Positions 54,207 to 64,000 of a DNA stretch of 64,000 nt are shown here, in pieces. Below the pieces are notes generated by a model. It did not search any database. It was not told the origin of the DNA and worked only from the letters and a program-made list of their open reading frames with translations. Each line of letters starts with the position of its first letter. Position 1 is the first letter of the stretch. Source of the DNA: Ignavibacteriota bacterium (GTDB lineage Bacteria > Bacteroidota > Ignavibacteria > UBA10030). The stretch lies in assembly GCA_963701295.1 (NCBI GenBank), contig OY969585.1:416001-480000 (forward strand). The letters run 5' to 3'. Position numbers and translations under genes: made by a program.

Positions 54207-55664
54207 ATGAAAAGCAAGAAAAAGCTCACCACCAATGCCGGGGCACCTGTCGTAGACAACCAGAACATCATGACCGCAGGCAAACGCGGCCCGGCACTGC
54301 TGCAGGATGTATGGTTTCAGGAAAAACTGGCTCACTTTGATAGGGAAGTAATTCCCGAACGGCGCATGCATGCGAAGGGTTCCGGTGCTTATGGTACATT
54401 TACCGTTACACATGACATAACCAAATACACAAAGGCAAAGGTATTTTCAAAAAAAGGGAAAAAGACGGATTTGTTTGTCAGGTTTTCTACTGTAGCAGGA
54501 GAACGAGGGGCGGCAGATGCGGAACGGGATATACGAGGATTTGCAATAAAGTTTTATACCGAGGAAGGTAACTGGGATTTGGTTGGCAATAATACACCGG
54601 TATTTTTTCTTCGCGACCCGCTCAAGTTTCCCGACCTCAACCACGCAGTCAAACGCGACCCTCACACCAATTTGCGAAGTGCAAAAAATAACTGGGATTT
54701 CTGGACATCTCTACCCGAAGCACTTCATCAGATTACCATAACAATGAGTGAGCGGGGTATTCCATATTCGTATCGTCATATGCATGGTTTTGGCAGCCAT
54801 ACCTTCAGTCTGATAAATGAAAAGAATGAACGCTGCTGGGTTAAATTTCACTTTCAGACCCAGCAGGGAATTAGGAACCTGACCGATGCAGAAGCCGAAG
54901 CTCTTATTGCAAAGGATCGGGAAAGTCACCAACGCGATTTATTCAAGAGTATTGATAAAGGCGATTTCCCTCGTTGGAAATTATTCATTCAGGTGATGCC
55001 GGAAAAAGATGCAGCAAAATGTAGATATAATCCTTTTGATCTCACCAAAGTGTGGTTTCATAAAGACTACCCTCTCATCGAAGTAGGTGTTATGGAATTG
55101 AACCGCAATCCTGATAACTATTTTGCCGAAGTTGAACAGGCTGCTTTCAATCCTGCCAATATTGTACCAGGCATCGGTTTCTCACCCGACAAAATGCTGC
55201 AAGGTCGATTATTTTCCTATGGTGATGCACAGCGATATCGTTTAGGCGTCAATCATCACTTGATTCCTGTGAATGCTTCCCGTTGTCCGTTCCATAGCTA
55301 TCATCGCGATGGTGCTATGCGCGTCGATGGTAACTATGGCGCCGCTCTTGGGTACGAGCCGAACAGTTATGGCGAGTGGAATGAACAGCCCGATTTTAAA
55401 GAGCCTCCTGTATCGCTGGAAGGTACCGCTGATCATTGGAATCACAGGGAAGACACAGACTATTATTCTCAACCCGGGTTATTGTTTCGATTGATGAATG
55501 GACAACAACAAAAAGTACTTTTTGAAAACACTGCACGAGCTATGGGTGATGCACCTCATGAGATCAAGATACGACACATTAGCAACTGCATGAAAGCTGA
55601 TCGAGCTTATGGAAAAGGCGTGGCTGATGCTCTGGGAATTCCGATCAAGGAAGTGCCCAAGTAA
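54207..55664 (+). CDS. katA: Monofunctional small-subunit heme catalase
   Basis: [43 protein letters not shown]. Confidence 0.97.
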   Translation: MKSKKKLTTNAGAPVVDNQNIMTAGKRGPALLQDVWFQEKLAHFDREVIPERRMHAKGSGAYGTFTVTHDITKYTKAKVFSKKGKKTDLFVRFSTVAGERGAADAERDIRGFAIKFYTEEGNWDLVGNNTPVFFLRDPLKFPDLNHAVKRDPHTNLRSAKNNWDFWTSLPEALHQITITMSERGIPYSYRHMHGFGSHTFSLINEKNERCWVKFHFQTQQGIRNLTDAEAEALIAKDRESHQRDLFKSIDKGDFPRWKLFIQVMPEKDAAKCRYNPFDLTKVWFHKDYPLIEVGVMELNRNPDNYFAEVEQAAFNPANIVPGIGFSPDKMLQGRLFSYGDAQRYRLGVNHHLIPVNASRCPFHSYHRDGAMRVDGNYGAALGYEPNSYGEWNEQPDFKEPPVSLEGTADHWNHREDTDYYSQPGLLFRLMNGQQQKVLFENTARAMGDAPHEIKIRHISNCMKADRAYGKGVADALGIPIKEVPK

Positions 55665-55759
55665 AGATACATGTGGTGCTAGTAAAACATTGTTACTTGA
55701 AGGTTAACTGCAAAGCTGCTAAGTGAAACGCCTATGTTTCGCTTGAAAGAAAAGAGAGA

Positions 55760-55786
55760 GCGCCAGACCGCTTTGCGGTCTGGCGC
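55760..55786. repeat. Perfect 12 bp hairpin between convergent genes
   Basis: GCGCCAGACCGC-TTT-GCGGTCTGGCGC, followed by ATCCGCCTCAGG. Confidence 0.7.
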
Positions 55787-55827
55787 ATCCGCCTCAGGAA
55801 GAATCGGCTTATCTGCATTCAAAGTAT

Positions 55828-57405
55828 TTAACGGATGAGAAGCATTTTCTTCTGGAGGCTCGCATGATCTGTTTGAAGCCTGTAGACGTACATCCCCGAA
55901 GCGGCCGGGCGGTGACATTCATCTGTCCCATCCCAGACGATGATATAAGTTCCCATACCTTCAGTACGTTGTGCAAGTGTCTTCACTTTCTGCCCCAGCA
56001 GGTTGTAAATGATTAAGCTTATGTGAGACGGTGATTTTAGGGAGAACTGGATCGCGGTTGCAGGATTGAACGGGTTTGGATAATTCTGTTCCAGAGAAAA
56101 GTTATAAATAATATTAGGTCGTTCAGCAAATCCTCCACTGTCTCTCATGCCCGTCATCAGTAAAGAGTATTTTTTCAGGATGCTGATGGTAGAGGAGTCA
56201 GTATCAAAGACCGAATTTAATCCTTGTGCTTCCATGGGCGGGTCGCACATGAAAGGATTTCCCACACGCCAGGTGAAATCACTGTTTGGTGAGCGGGCTT
56301 CTCCGCCCCAGCCCCAAAAATTTGAACCCGCAATCGGTGCTCCCGTTGCAGCACTATTATAGACCAATTGGAGCAAGGCGTCATAGTATTGATCGCGAAA
56401 TGTTACCGCGCTACTGGGGCTGTATTCTTCGTTATCTCTCGGCAACCCGAATTCTTCCATCGTAAGAGGCTTGTTGAGTTGGCGGGCGTAACCGATATGA
56501 TCGCTGATGTAAGTACTCGCTTGTAAGAGAGCACTGGAGTATGTTCCGCTCATATTAGAAGAGTTAATCCATCCCCAGTTCAGCGCCCAGACATGAATTG
56601 TCGCGTAGTCTATAGAAGGACTTTGATGGGCGGAGAGAAAAACATCCGATCTCTCAAGACAACCCATCGTCCCTTCATTTCCCGTTGTCACGAGATGATT
56701 TGTGTCGATAGAATGAATATAGTGTGCAGTCGAATCTATCCATTCATAAAAAGCATTCAAATAAGCAGCGGTATTTCCCGGACGGGGTTCATTGGCAAGC
56801 TCCCATGCCATGATAACCGGGTCTTCGTAATAATATAATCCGCTTACTGTATTCTGCCGATGAATCAAATCGTTAATGTATTGTTTATAGGTGGCATTTG
56901 CTGAAACATTACGATAAAATGGCGAAGCATCATACAAGCTTCCGCCGCCGCCAAACCAGGAAAGATACTGAGGCATGCCGCCGGACCAATTCCAATAGTT
57001 ATTTAAGAAAATGACAGCTTTCATATCTCTCTTCCCCATTTCAGAAAGCAGAAAATCTAATCCGATAAGAAGAGAATCGTCATATACTCCCGGCGATGTC
57101 TGAATGGCCGGTTGTACGACAGCTTGATTGGTGGAAGCCTCCGAAGCGCCGAGGATTCTGAGGTTATCGATTCCGTTGGATTTCAACCGGTCGAGTTCCC
57201 GGAGAAGTCTCAACGTATCGCCTGTCTGCCCCGTTGAGCCGATATAGCAGCCGTACCAAAAATTTGTGCCAACAAAATAGTACGGTTTGCCTTCCAATAT
57301 AAAGTGAGTATCCTGCACCTGCACATAGTGATATTGAGAGATCGCGGTTGTTGTGCAGAGTAATGTGAGAATAAACGAAATAGTGTATGTAGTAATTTTG
57401 GTCAT
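55828..57405 (-). CDS. GH5 beta-mannanase/mannosidase with T9SS-type C-terminal domain
   Basis: YFVGTNFWY, NYWNWSGGM, AWELANEPR (acid/base), EEFG (nucleophile), QNYPNPFNP CTD. Confidence 0.9.
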   Translation of the reverse strand: MTKITTYTISFILTLLCTTTAISQYHYVQVQDTHFILEGKPYYFVGTNFWYGCYIGSTGQTGDTLRLLRELDRLKSNGIDNLRILGASEASTNQAVVQPAIQTSPGVYDDSLLIGLDFLLSEMGKRDMKAVIFLNNYWNWSGGMPQYLSWFGGGGSLYDASPFYRNVSANATYKQYINDLIHRQNTVSGLYYYEDPVIMAWELANEPRPGNTAAYLNAFYEWIDSTAHYIHSIDTNHLVTTGNEGTMGCLERSDVFLSAHQSPSIDYATIHVWALNWGWINSSNMSGTYSSALLQASTYISDHIGYARQLNKPLTMEEFGLPRDNEEYSPSSAVTFRDQYYDALLQLVYNSAATGAPIAGSNFWGWGGEARSPNSDFTWRVGNPFMCDPPMEAQGLNSVFDTDSSTISILKKYSLLMTGMRDSGGFAERPNIIYNFSLEQNYPNPFNPATAIQFSLKSPSHISLIIYNLLGQKVKTLAQRTEGMGTYIIVWDGTDECHRPAASGMYVYRLQTDHASLQKKMLLIR

Positions 57406-57504
57406 ATCTGCTTCAATACGTTTTTCTACACTATTGAATTCTATCAGATTGTTTCATCTAAATATAGACATTTATTGGAATAATTATAAGAGACGATCAC
57501 TAAA

Positions 57505-57539
57505 GCTTATCGGGTGAAGTGACTTCACCCATACGTATT
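57505..57539. repeat. GTAG-type REP-like palindrome, copy 2
   Basis: GCTTATCGGGTGAAGTGACTTCACCCATACGTATT. Confidence 0.8.
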
Positions 57540-57907
57540 TTTATGCTCTGCGATGGAACACGCACCAGCACGCTATGCAGTTTGGCGTGTTCACCTTCAT
57601 CAATCCGCCCAAAATATGGCGGATGCCCGCCAGGATACATGTTGGGTAAACACAAAACGCGAAAAACGGTAGACAAGCCACTTCATTTACAGAAACAAAG
57701 AAACTTGTTTTGCTGAAGTAACAGGCAAATGTAAATAACGTCAAGTAGCATGGTGCTTATTACCGTTTTCTTAGAATACACCAAGCACCTTTTTTTCTGA
57801 ACCTCCGATTTGTGAGTTACTCGTTTTTCTACTACATTCATGCCGTTCTATTCTGGATTATTGTCATCCCGCAAAAATGAACCGAACAATCATTACTGGA
57901 GGTCTCT

Positions 57908-59932
57908 ATGAGATGGTTTTTTTTCGGTTTACTCGCCGTTCTGTTTATTGTAACATGTTTCGCACAATCCAAACGGGCAATCGTATTCGACGATCTCATT
58001 GGTTTCGGGCGTGTCTCCGATCCGCAGATCTCTCCGGATGGAAAAACTGTTGCGTTTATCATTACCCGTCAGCTGAAAGAAGAAAACAAGTCTAACAGCA
58101 ATATCTACCTGGTTCCTATCGAAGGCGGAGAAGTCCGGCAATTGACAAATGCCAAAGATATCAATAACAATCCGTGCTGGCTTCCGGATGGGAAGGCGAT
58201 TGCTTTCATATCGACAAGGGACGGGACATCGCAAATATGGAAAATTCCCGTCAATGGCGGTGAAGCACTGAAAGTTTCACAGATAGCCACGGAGGCATCT
58301 AAGCTAATCGTTTCTCCGGACGGCAAGTGGTTTGCATTTGCGTCTGATGTGTATCCAGATTGCCCGGACGAAAATTGCAACAAACAGCGGCTCGAGTCGA
58401 TCGAGAAAAGTAAAGTGAAGGCAAAAATTTTCACGACGCTTCCATTTCGTGTGTGGAATTATTGGAAGGATGGAAAACGGAGCCACTTGTTTGTTATGCC
58501 GTCGGGCGGAGGGAAAGCAGTTGACGTGACGCCCGGTGACTACGACACTCCCCCTATCGACCTTGGCGGCAATTGGGATTATGCCTTCTCTCCGGACAGC
58601 AAGGAAATTGCTTTCACGAGAAATCCCGATACACTCGTGGCAATCAGCACCAATAATGAAATTTACGTCGTTCCTGTTGAAGGAGGTGTGATAAAGAAAA
58701 TTACAGATAATCCCGCGAATGACAGTCAGCCTCTCTATTCACCTGACGGGAAATACATCGCCTTCGAAATGATGCATCGGCCCGGATTTGAAGCAGACCG
58801 GCGGGAACTTGTTCTCTACGAACGGGCTTCTGGAAAATTCATCAATCTCACCGGCACATTCGATTACAGTGTTAGCGATGTTGTATGGTCTCCGGATTCG
58901 AAGTCGCTCTTTTTTAATTCAGACGATAAAGGGAATGTCACGATTTTTAATGTCCGCGTGAAAAATAAAAAGATCACTGCAATCCTCAACAAGGGCTTCA
59001 ATGAATCAATCCGGTTGACGCCCGATGGAAAGTCAATAATCTTCGCAAAGGAATCGATTAAACTGCCAGCAGAACTTTTCAAGATGGATATCAATGGAGA
59101 CAATCTGAAGCAAATAACATACACCAATGCAGGAAAATTATCCGAATTAGAGATGAATACCCTTGAAGATTTTTGGTTCGAAGGTGCCGCCGGAACACGC
59201 GTGCAGGGCTTTGTACTCAAACCGCCGTTGTTCAAAGAAGGGAAAAAATATCCGATGATTTTCCTGGTGCATGGAGGTCCGCAGGGGCAATGGGGCGATG
59301 AATTCCATTACCGGTGGAACGCACAGATGTTCGCTTCGCGCGGTTATATTGTTGTGATGATCAACCCGCGAGGCAGCACGGGCTACGGGCAAAAGTTCAC
59401 CGATGAAATCAGTAAAGATTGGGGTGGTAAGGTGTACGAAGATTTGATGAAGGGGCTTGACTATGTTGTCAGGTCTTATTCCTATATTGACAGCAATCGT
59501 GTCGCCGGCGCCGGTGCTTCATACGGAGGGTATATGATGAACTGGATACTCGGACATACTGATCGTTTTCGATGCATTGTATCGCATGACGGAGTATTCA
59601 ATCCTGCAAGTGCGTACGGTACTACAGAAGAGCTCTGGTTTGACGAATGGGAATTTAACGGAACGCCGTATAAAAACCCCGAGTTGTACAAGAAATGGTC
59701 GCCGATGGAATTCGCGAAAAACTTTAAGACACCGACACTGGTCATCCATGGCCAGCAGGATTATCGTCTCGACGTGAGTGAAGGATTTCAACTTTTTACA
59801 GCACTTCAGCGGCAGGGAGTGAAATCGAAAATGCTTTACTTCCCGGATGAATTCCACTTTGTTGTAAAGCCGCAAAACGCAGAACTGTGGTATAAAACAG
59901 TTTTGGATTGGATCGATGAGAATACAAAATGA
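57908..59932 (+). CDS. S9 family peptidase (beta-propeller + alpha/beta hydrolase)
   Basis: SPDG PD40 repeats, HGGPQ, GASYGGY, HGQQDYR, FPDEFH. Confidence 0.95.
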   Translation: MRWFFFGLLAVLFIVTCFAQSKRAIVFDDLIGFGRVSDPQISPDGKTVAFIITRQLKEENKSNSNIYLVPIEGGEVRQLTNAKDINNNPCWLPDGKAIAFISTRDGTSQIWKIPVNGGEALKVSQIATEASKLIVSPDGKWFAFASDVYPDCPDENCNKQRLESIEKSKVKAKIFTTLPFRVWNYWKDGKRSHLFVMPSGGGKAVDVTPGDYDTPPIDLGGNWDYAFSPDSKEIAFTRNPDTLVAISTNNEIYVVPVEGGVIKKITDNPANDSQPLYSPDGKYIAFEMMHRPGFEADRRELVLYERASGKFINLTGTFDYSVSDVVWSPDSKSLFFNSDDKGNVTIFNVRVKNKKITAILNKGFNESIRLTPDGKSIIFAKESIKLPAELFKMDINGDNLKQITYTNAGKLSELEMNTLEDFWFEGAAGTRVQGFVLKPPLFKEGKKYPMIFLVHGGPQGQWGDEFHYRWNAQMFASRGYIVVMINPRGSTGYGQKFTDEISKDWGGKVYEDLMKGLDYVVRSYSYIDSNRVAGAGASYGGYMMNWILGHTDRFRCIVSHDGVFNPASAYGTTEELWFDEWEFNGTPYKNPELYKKWSPMEFAKNFKTPTLVIHGQQDYRLDVSEGFQLFTALQRQGVKSKMLYFPDEFHFVVKPQNAELWYKTVLDWIDENTK

Positions 59933-60096
59933 TACACGCTTTATATTTGGTCATAACTCCTCTACGTTAGGAGTAAAAACACATATATTACAATTTACTT
60001 TATTGTATGACGCACAACTTGACGGGAGTTGAGTTGCCCCCAGAAGAATCAGTCGGCATGCTTAGATAAACCGTCTGGTAGAACACGGAGGACAAA

Positions 60097-60792
60097 ATGA
60101 CAACCAAGAGCCGCTTGGCAGATTTCGATCACCCGATTATTAAAAAGAAAGCCGCGGAACTAATGCTTGGGAAGCAAACCATTGTGGATAAACTTGAGAG
60201 CATCTTTTCGTTCGTTCGTGACGGAATTAGGTTTGGATTCCCGCCCAAGTGGGATGAAGTGAAAGCGTCTCAGGTCATCAGTTACGGTTTAGGTTACTGC
60301 AATACGAAGGCAACTCTCTTCCATGCTCTCAGTCAAGCTTGTGACATACCTACACGCGTCCATTTCGGCCTGATCGACATCAGGATTATGCGAGGAATAC
60401 TCCCTTCATTTGCTTTTCCCTTCATGCCAAAAGCCGGCGGACACTCTTGGATTGAGGTGCAGCTGGATGGCCAATGGAAACCCATTGACTCCTATATCAA
60501 CGACAAGGTGTTTTATGAAAGAGCTCTCAAGCGGCTAAGTGCCGCTGGAAAGGCAATCGGCTATTCAATTTCCTTCGTTGAAGGGAAATCCAGCTGTGAA
60601 TTCAACTTCGGTGAGAAAGGTTTTGTACACATGGGAGCGGTTGTGGAAGATCACGGCGTCTGGGAAGATCCGGCAGAATACTTTGCTTCACTTAAGTACC
60701 GTCGGTTGAATACGATCCAATCAATGTTCTATCCCGTTCTTGCTTTGTTGGTAAATCGCAATGTTGAAGGTATTCGCGCGAGCGCAGTTTGA
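60097..60792 (+). CDS. Transglutaminase-like domain protein
   Basis: GYCNTKATL, HSWIEV, W-x2-ID triad pattern. Confidence 0.85.
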   Translation: MTTKSRLADFDHPIIKKKAAELMLGKQTIVDKLESIFSFVRDGIRFGFPPKWDEVKASQVISYGLGYCNTKATLFHALSQACDIPTRVHFGLIDIRIMRGILPSFAFPFMPKAGGHSWIEVQLDGQWKPIDSYINDKVFYERALKRLSAAGKAIGYSISFVEGKSSCEFNFGEKGFVHMGAVVEDHGVWEDPAEYFASLKYRRLNTIQSMFYPVLALLVNRNVEGIRASAV

Positions 60793-60804
60793 TCTCAGCC
60801 CATC

Positions 60805-60864
60805 AAGCTTATCGGGCGAAGGCACTTCGTCCCTGCTCACGGGCTTGATAAATCAAGCCCCTAC
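60805..60864. repeat. Tandem pair of GTAG-type REP-like palindromes
   Basis: AAGCTTATCGGGCGAAGGCACTTCGTCCCTGC (degenerate copy 3) followed by GGGCTTGAT-AA-ATCAAGCCC-CTAC. Confidence 0.75.
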
Positions 60865-60884
60865 GACCGACAATTCCCATCCTC

Positions 60885-61075
60885 TTACAATCTCAAATTC
60901 TCAATTCTTCACTCTCCACCGTTTATCACTCACCGTTCTCTCTCCACTGTTTACTATTCGCTGTTTACTATTCACTGTTCACCACTTCCTCACTCCCCAA
61001 CTTTTCAACTACACACTAACCAACTACGAACTAGTTACACAGTTTCTCTCTTGCTTCTCTCCTGCTATTCTCTTG
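60885..61075. repeat. Degenerate 7-bp-period pyrimidine-rich tract
   Basis: CTCTCCA CCGTTTA TCACTCA CCGTTCT CTCTCCA CTGTTTA CTATTCG CTGTTTA CTATTCA CTGTTCA (60912-60981). Confidence 0.8.
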
Positions 61076-61223
61076 CATCTCATACAACAACTGTTTAAAT
61101 TTTCTTTTTAACTGACAGTATCGAAAATCAAATCAAGATTGAAACAGCGCCGGTAGATTTCGTAATCCGGCATCTTTGAAAATGTAGTTTATATAACATG
61201 GCAAAGAAAGGAACGATCGCACT

Positions 61224-63173
61224 ATGTCAACAGACTTGCAGACTTCCGGCACCATTTTAAAAAAAGTTTTATTTTCTATATTATTATTGTTGAGTACTAT
61301 TGGTATATCTTACTCACAGCAGTGCGGTCAATGCTCATACCCGAGAATTATTTTTTATGACTGTACTATACAAGTCCCTCGCCCAACGATACAGGATTCA
61401 TTATCGAGCTGGTGGGCTTTGGCGTGGCCGGCGTTTTGGGCACACACTTCAATTGTCAATGACGATGAAACTGGCGGTTGTATCTCTTACATTGATAGAG
61501 GGAGCACTTTTTCATTATTATCGCATGGAGATACTTATCTAAGTGATGTAGATTACGCGAATTTGCCCCCCTCTGGCGCAATTAATTCAGCTGACTATAT
61601 CTTTGTCAGTTATGTCTCTGGCTCAAACGGAAATTATACGTTGACCTTACAGCTCCAGACGGCTGTATCGCGGGAGGTTGTAAAAAGCATTAGTGAAAAC
61701 TTTACCGGTGACCCTGCAAGCAGAGAGCCTGCCGGCGAAGCGGCCGCGTCTGCATTTCTGCCGCTCATCCAAACTATCTGGAACTATGAAGTGAATAAAC
61801 GGAATACTGACGTTACTGTTGCAATGTGTGATGTGAAATATCAAATGCCAAATATAGTGACGGTGACGCCGGAGAAAACAAAGGTAGATACGGGGGAGAC
61901 CATCAACGTTAACGTTGAAATGTATGATTGTGACGGTGCCCCTTTAGGGAATCGGACAATTTATTTCACAGATACCACTGTCAATGGTTTATCGCTCAAA
62001 GGTACAACCGGCGGTAAAATGAATCCATCTGTTGTCACTACTGATTCTCACGGAAAAGCATCCGTTCAATTCACAACAACTCAGAACATGGGTTATTCGC
62101 ATATTGTCGCTTGGTATCCACATAAGAAGCCTTGCGGAAGAGCAGGTTCATTTATGGGTACGGCAGATGTTTTGACCAAGATGGCGGGTAAGAATATCTG
62201 GGTCGTCCAGGGATCGATATCATCACAGACTATTACCACCGGTGACACTAATGTCACATATGTAGCAGGATACAGCACGTATCAAAGGGACTATCAGGAT
62301 AATGCCTCGGCATCTTTTATTGCATTCTTCTATGTAGACAACGGCAGCGATACAACAATAAGCCTCGCTGATTATCAAGAAGATGATCCAGAATTCAAGA
62401 TAACCATTTCCGGGTCCGAGCAACAGGATTTGTTCTACAAAACTGATGTTGAAGCGGAAGGCGTCACTCCTGACGTTTATATCAAGACGGAACACACAGT
62501 CGGACAGTTATTCGACTACAGCGATACCGGCTTCGAGTTCTATTACCCGGCTGATCCTAGTAGTACGGCAGTCGGTTTTATATGCGGAGGACAAGGGCAA
62601 TGCACAGGGAATATAAAAAAAACGGATACCAATCCCCAATTTCATTGGGATGATGACAGTTATAGCGTCGAGAGCGATTGCAGCATTTCGGGCTATTTCA
62701 ATGGGAACGAATGTACAATGACCAGAAACGGAAACTCATATTCGGTTACAGGCGACCAAACTCACGTGGAGCATGAGTACGAAGGTGCAGACCAAGGCAC
62801 ACAGATTACAAAAGTGTATAACCACATTACTGCCAAGATCTGGCTTTATGATTCAACAGCAACTGCGATACATCAATTAAAAGGATTACTGCCTTTCACA
62901 AACAAGTTGCTCCAGAACTTTCCAAACCCATTCAACCCGGAAACAAATATCGGATATCAACTGGCTTCGAACAGTTTCGTTACTCTTAAAGTATATGACA
63001 TTCTTGGAAGAGAAGTAGCGACATTGGTAAATCAACGCCAAAATGCCGGAGACCATAGTATAATGTTCAATACTTCAAAATATTCGAGTGGAGTCTATTT
63101 CTATCGCATCCAAGCAATTGAAAATAGCAGCAAGAATTTTACATCGATAAAGAAGCTCATGGTGTTGAAATAG
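61224..63173 (+). CDS. Secreted T9SS-type cargo protein with Ig-like segment, function unknown
   Basis: Signal peptide; TTDSHGKASVQF Ig-like motif; LLQNFPNPFNP...YDILGREV...SGVYFYRI CTD. Confidence 0.85.
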   Translation: MSTDLQTSGTILKKVLFSILLLLSTIGISYSQQCGQCSYPRIIFYDCTIQVPRPTIQDSLSSWWALAWPAFWAHTSIVNDDETGGCISYIDRGSTFSLLSHGDTYLSDVDYANLPPSGAINSADYIFVSYVSGSNGNYTLTLQLQTAVSREVVKSISENFTGDPASREPAGEAAASAFLPLIQTIWNYEVNKRNTDVTVAMCDVKYQMPNIVTVTPEKTKVDTGETINVNVEMYDCDGAPLGNRTIYFTDTTVNGLSLKGTTGGKMNPSVVTTDSHGKASVQFTTTQNMGYSHIVAWYPHKKPCGRAGSFMGTADVLTKMAGKNIWVVQGSISSQTITTGDTNVTYVAGYSTYQRDYQDNASASFIAFFYVDNGSDTTISLADYQEDDPEFKITISGSEQQDLFYKTDVEAEGVTPDVYIKTEHTVGQLFDYSDTGFEFYYPADPSSTAVGFICGGQGQCTGNIKKTDTNPQFHWDDDSYSVESDCSISGYFNGNECTMTRNGNSYSVTGDQTHVEHEYEGADQGTQITKVYNHITAKIWLYDSTATAIHQLKGLLPFTNKLLQNFPNPFNPETNIGYQLASNSFVTLKVYDILGREVATLVNQRQNAGDHSIMFNTSKYSSGVYFYRIQAIENSSKNFTSIKKLMVLK

Positions 63174-63349
63174 CAGTCCGCGTCAGGCAAGGAATTCTTT
63201 TGAGGAGTTGGGAATAAAGGGGCCCTCGACAAAAAAAGACATGGAGTTAAACTCCGGCATTCTATCTTGCCTCAGGAGTGGATTAATCTGCCGAAATCAC
63301 GTTCTCTGTGACGCAGGGGGAACTCCTTCGGAACAACGAGGAAATTTCC

Positions 63350-63465
63350 TGCTATTCGTTCATAGACTCCACTGCTCTTTTACTCATCTACTCATAGACG
63401 GCTTACTCTTTACCATTTACTCTTCACTCTTTACTGTCTTTCCCTCCCCTTGCTTCTCTTCCTAA
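63350..63465. repeat. Second 7-bp-period pyrimidine-rich tract
   Basis: GGCTTAC TCTTTAC CATTTAC TCTTCAC TCTTTAC (63400-63434). Confidence 0.65.
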
Positions 63466-63576
63466 AACTTACTACACTTTACCCAAGTAGTTTCCATTCC
63501 TAGCCATTTTGCAGGATTCGCTTCAACGCTGCACTGCAATCGCAACTGCTGAGAACTTTGTTCAGGAGGAATTAGC

Positions 63577-63999
63577 ATGGATCAGCCGGTACTTTCCGAT
63601 AAAACACAATTTCCCACGGAAGAAATAATCTCTTTGCATCTCGGGAAAACAAAAAACATCTGGGATTCCTTTTTTGAATATCTTCACGAGAACCATCCCG
63701 ATATGAGTTCGGAGTGGCGGTATTACAATGACGGGAAAAGTTGGCTGATGAAGAATACACGGAAGAAAAAGACGGTCTTCTGGTTATCCATTCTCAAAGG
63801 GACTTTCAGAATTACTTTTTACTTTACCGACAGAGCAGCTAAGGCAATTGCGGATAGTAATATTCCCGCGGAAATGAAAAAGCAGTTCAAAGATGGAAAA
63901 CATTATGGCAAAATCCGGGGACTGACGGTTTTATTTAAATATAAAAAGGATATCGAGACTGCAAAAACACTCTTAGCGATTAAATTGAGCATTAAATAA
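63577..63999 (+). CDS. DUF3788-like hypothetical protein
   Basis: EWRYYNDGKSWLMK, KKKTVFWL, F-x-ITFYF pattern; AGGAGG RBS. Confidence 0.75.
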   Translation: MDQPVLSDKTQFPTEEIISLHLGKTKNIWDSFFEYLHENHPDMSSEWRYYNDGKSWLMKNTRKKKTVFWLSILKGTFRITFYFTDRAAKAIADSNIPAEMKKQFKDGKHYGKIRGLTVLFKYKKDIETAKTLLAIKLSIK

Positions 64000-64000
64000 A

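Noticed and set aside
55700-55745. c-di-GMP (GEMM) riboswitch suggested by GCAAAGC
   Set aside because: Lacks the GNRA-capped stem and P1, and lies between convergent gene ends.
60761-61111. 116 aa ORF (and 63208-63465) rich in L/F/T/H
   Set aside because: Translation of heptamer low-complexity tracts.
63180-63345. Imperfect inverted repeats (AGGCAAG/CTTGCCT, GGAGTT/AACTCC) as a MITE or ncRNA
   Set aside because: Stems are short, ends undefined and there is no second copy in the window.

Overview
A 64 kb bacterial chromosomal segment, probably Ignavibacteria/Chlorobi-like within Bacteroidota. This is inferred from T9SS-type NYPNPFNP C-terminal domains, an 11-subunit complex I, an Hc1-like histone and canonical TTGACA-17-TATAnT promoters. 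It carries a heat-shock locus (hsp20-hsp20-dnaK-orf-clpB, clpB cut by the window edge), M28-birA-coaX, a nuoABCDHIJKLMN operon without nuoEFG, signalling and housekeeping genes (tmk, adk, rlmN, S41, M20), and a complete minus-strand rRNA operon (16S, tRNA-Ile, tRNA-Ala, 23S, 5S). An accessory tail holds dapL-dapF, a CAAX protease, two frameshifted membrane genes, catalase, a GH5 mannanase, an S9 peptidase and T9SS cargo. No CRISPR array, integrase, transposase or phage gene is visible, and no complete novel multi-gene system can be demonstrated. The most unusual signals are: (1) a 71 bp att-like duplication of the 5S rRNA 3' end plus terminator enclosing a one-gene islet; (2) a 30 bp palindrome sitting in frame inside nuoC; (3) a 91 aa duplication/insertion with two extra hydrophobic segments in the NuoL lateral-helix region; (4) a TPR-CHAT lipoprotein lacking the His/Cys dyad; (5) a sigma54-like promoter ahead of the chaperone locus; (6) a small-element mobilome of GTAG-type REP-like palindromes, a MITE-like element, attC-like remnants and 7-bp-period tracts. 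All assignments come from reading the sequence; no searches were run.
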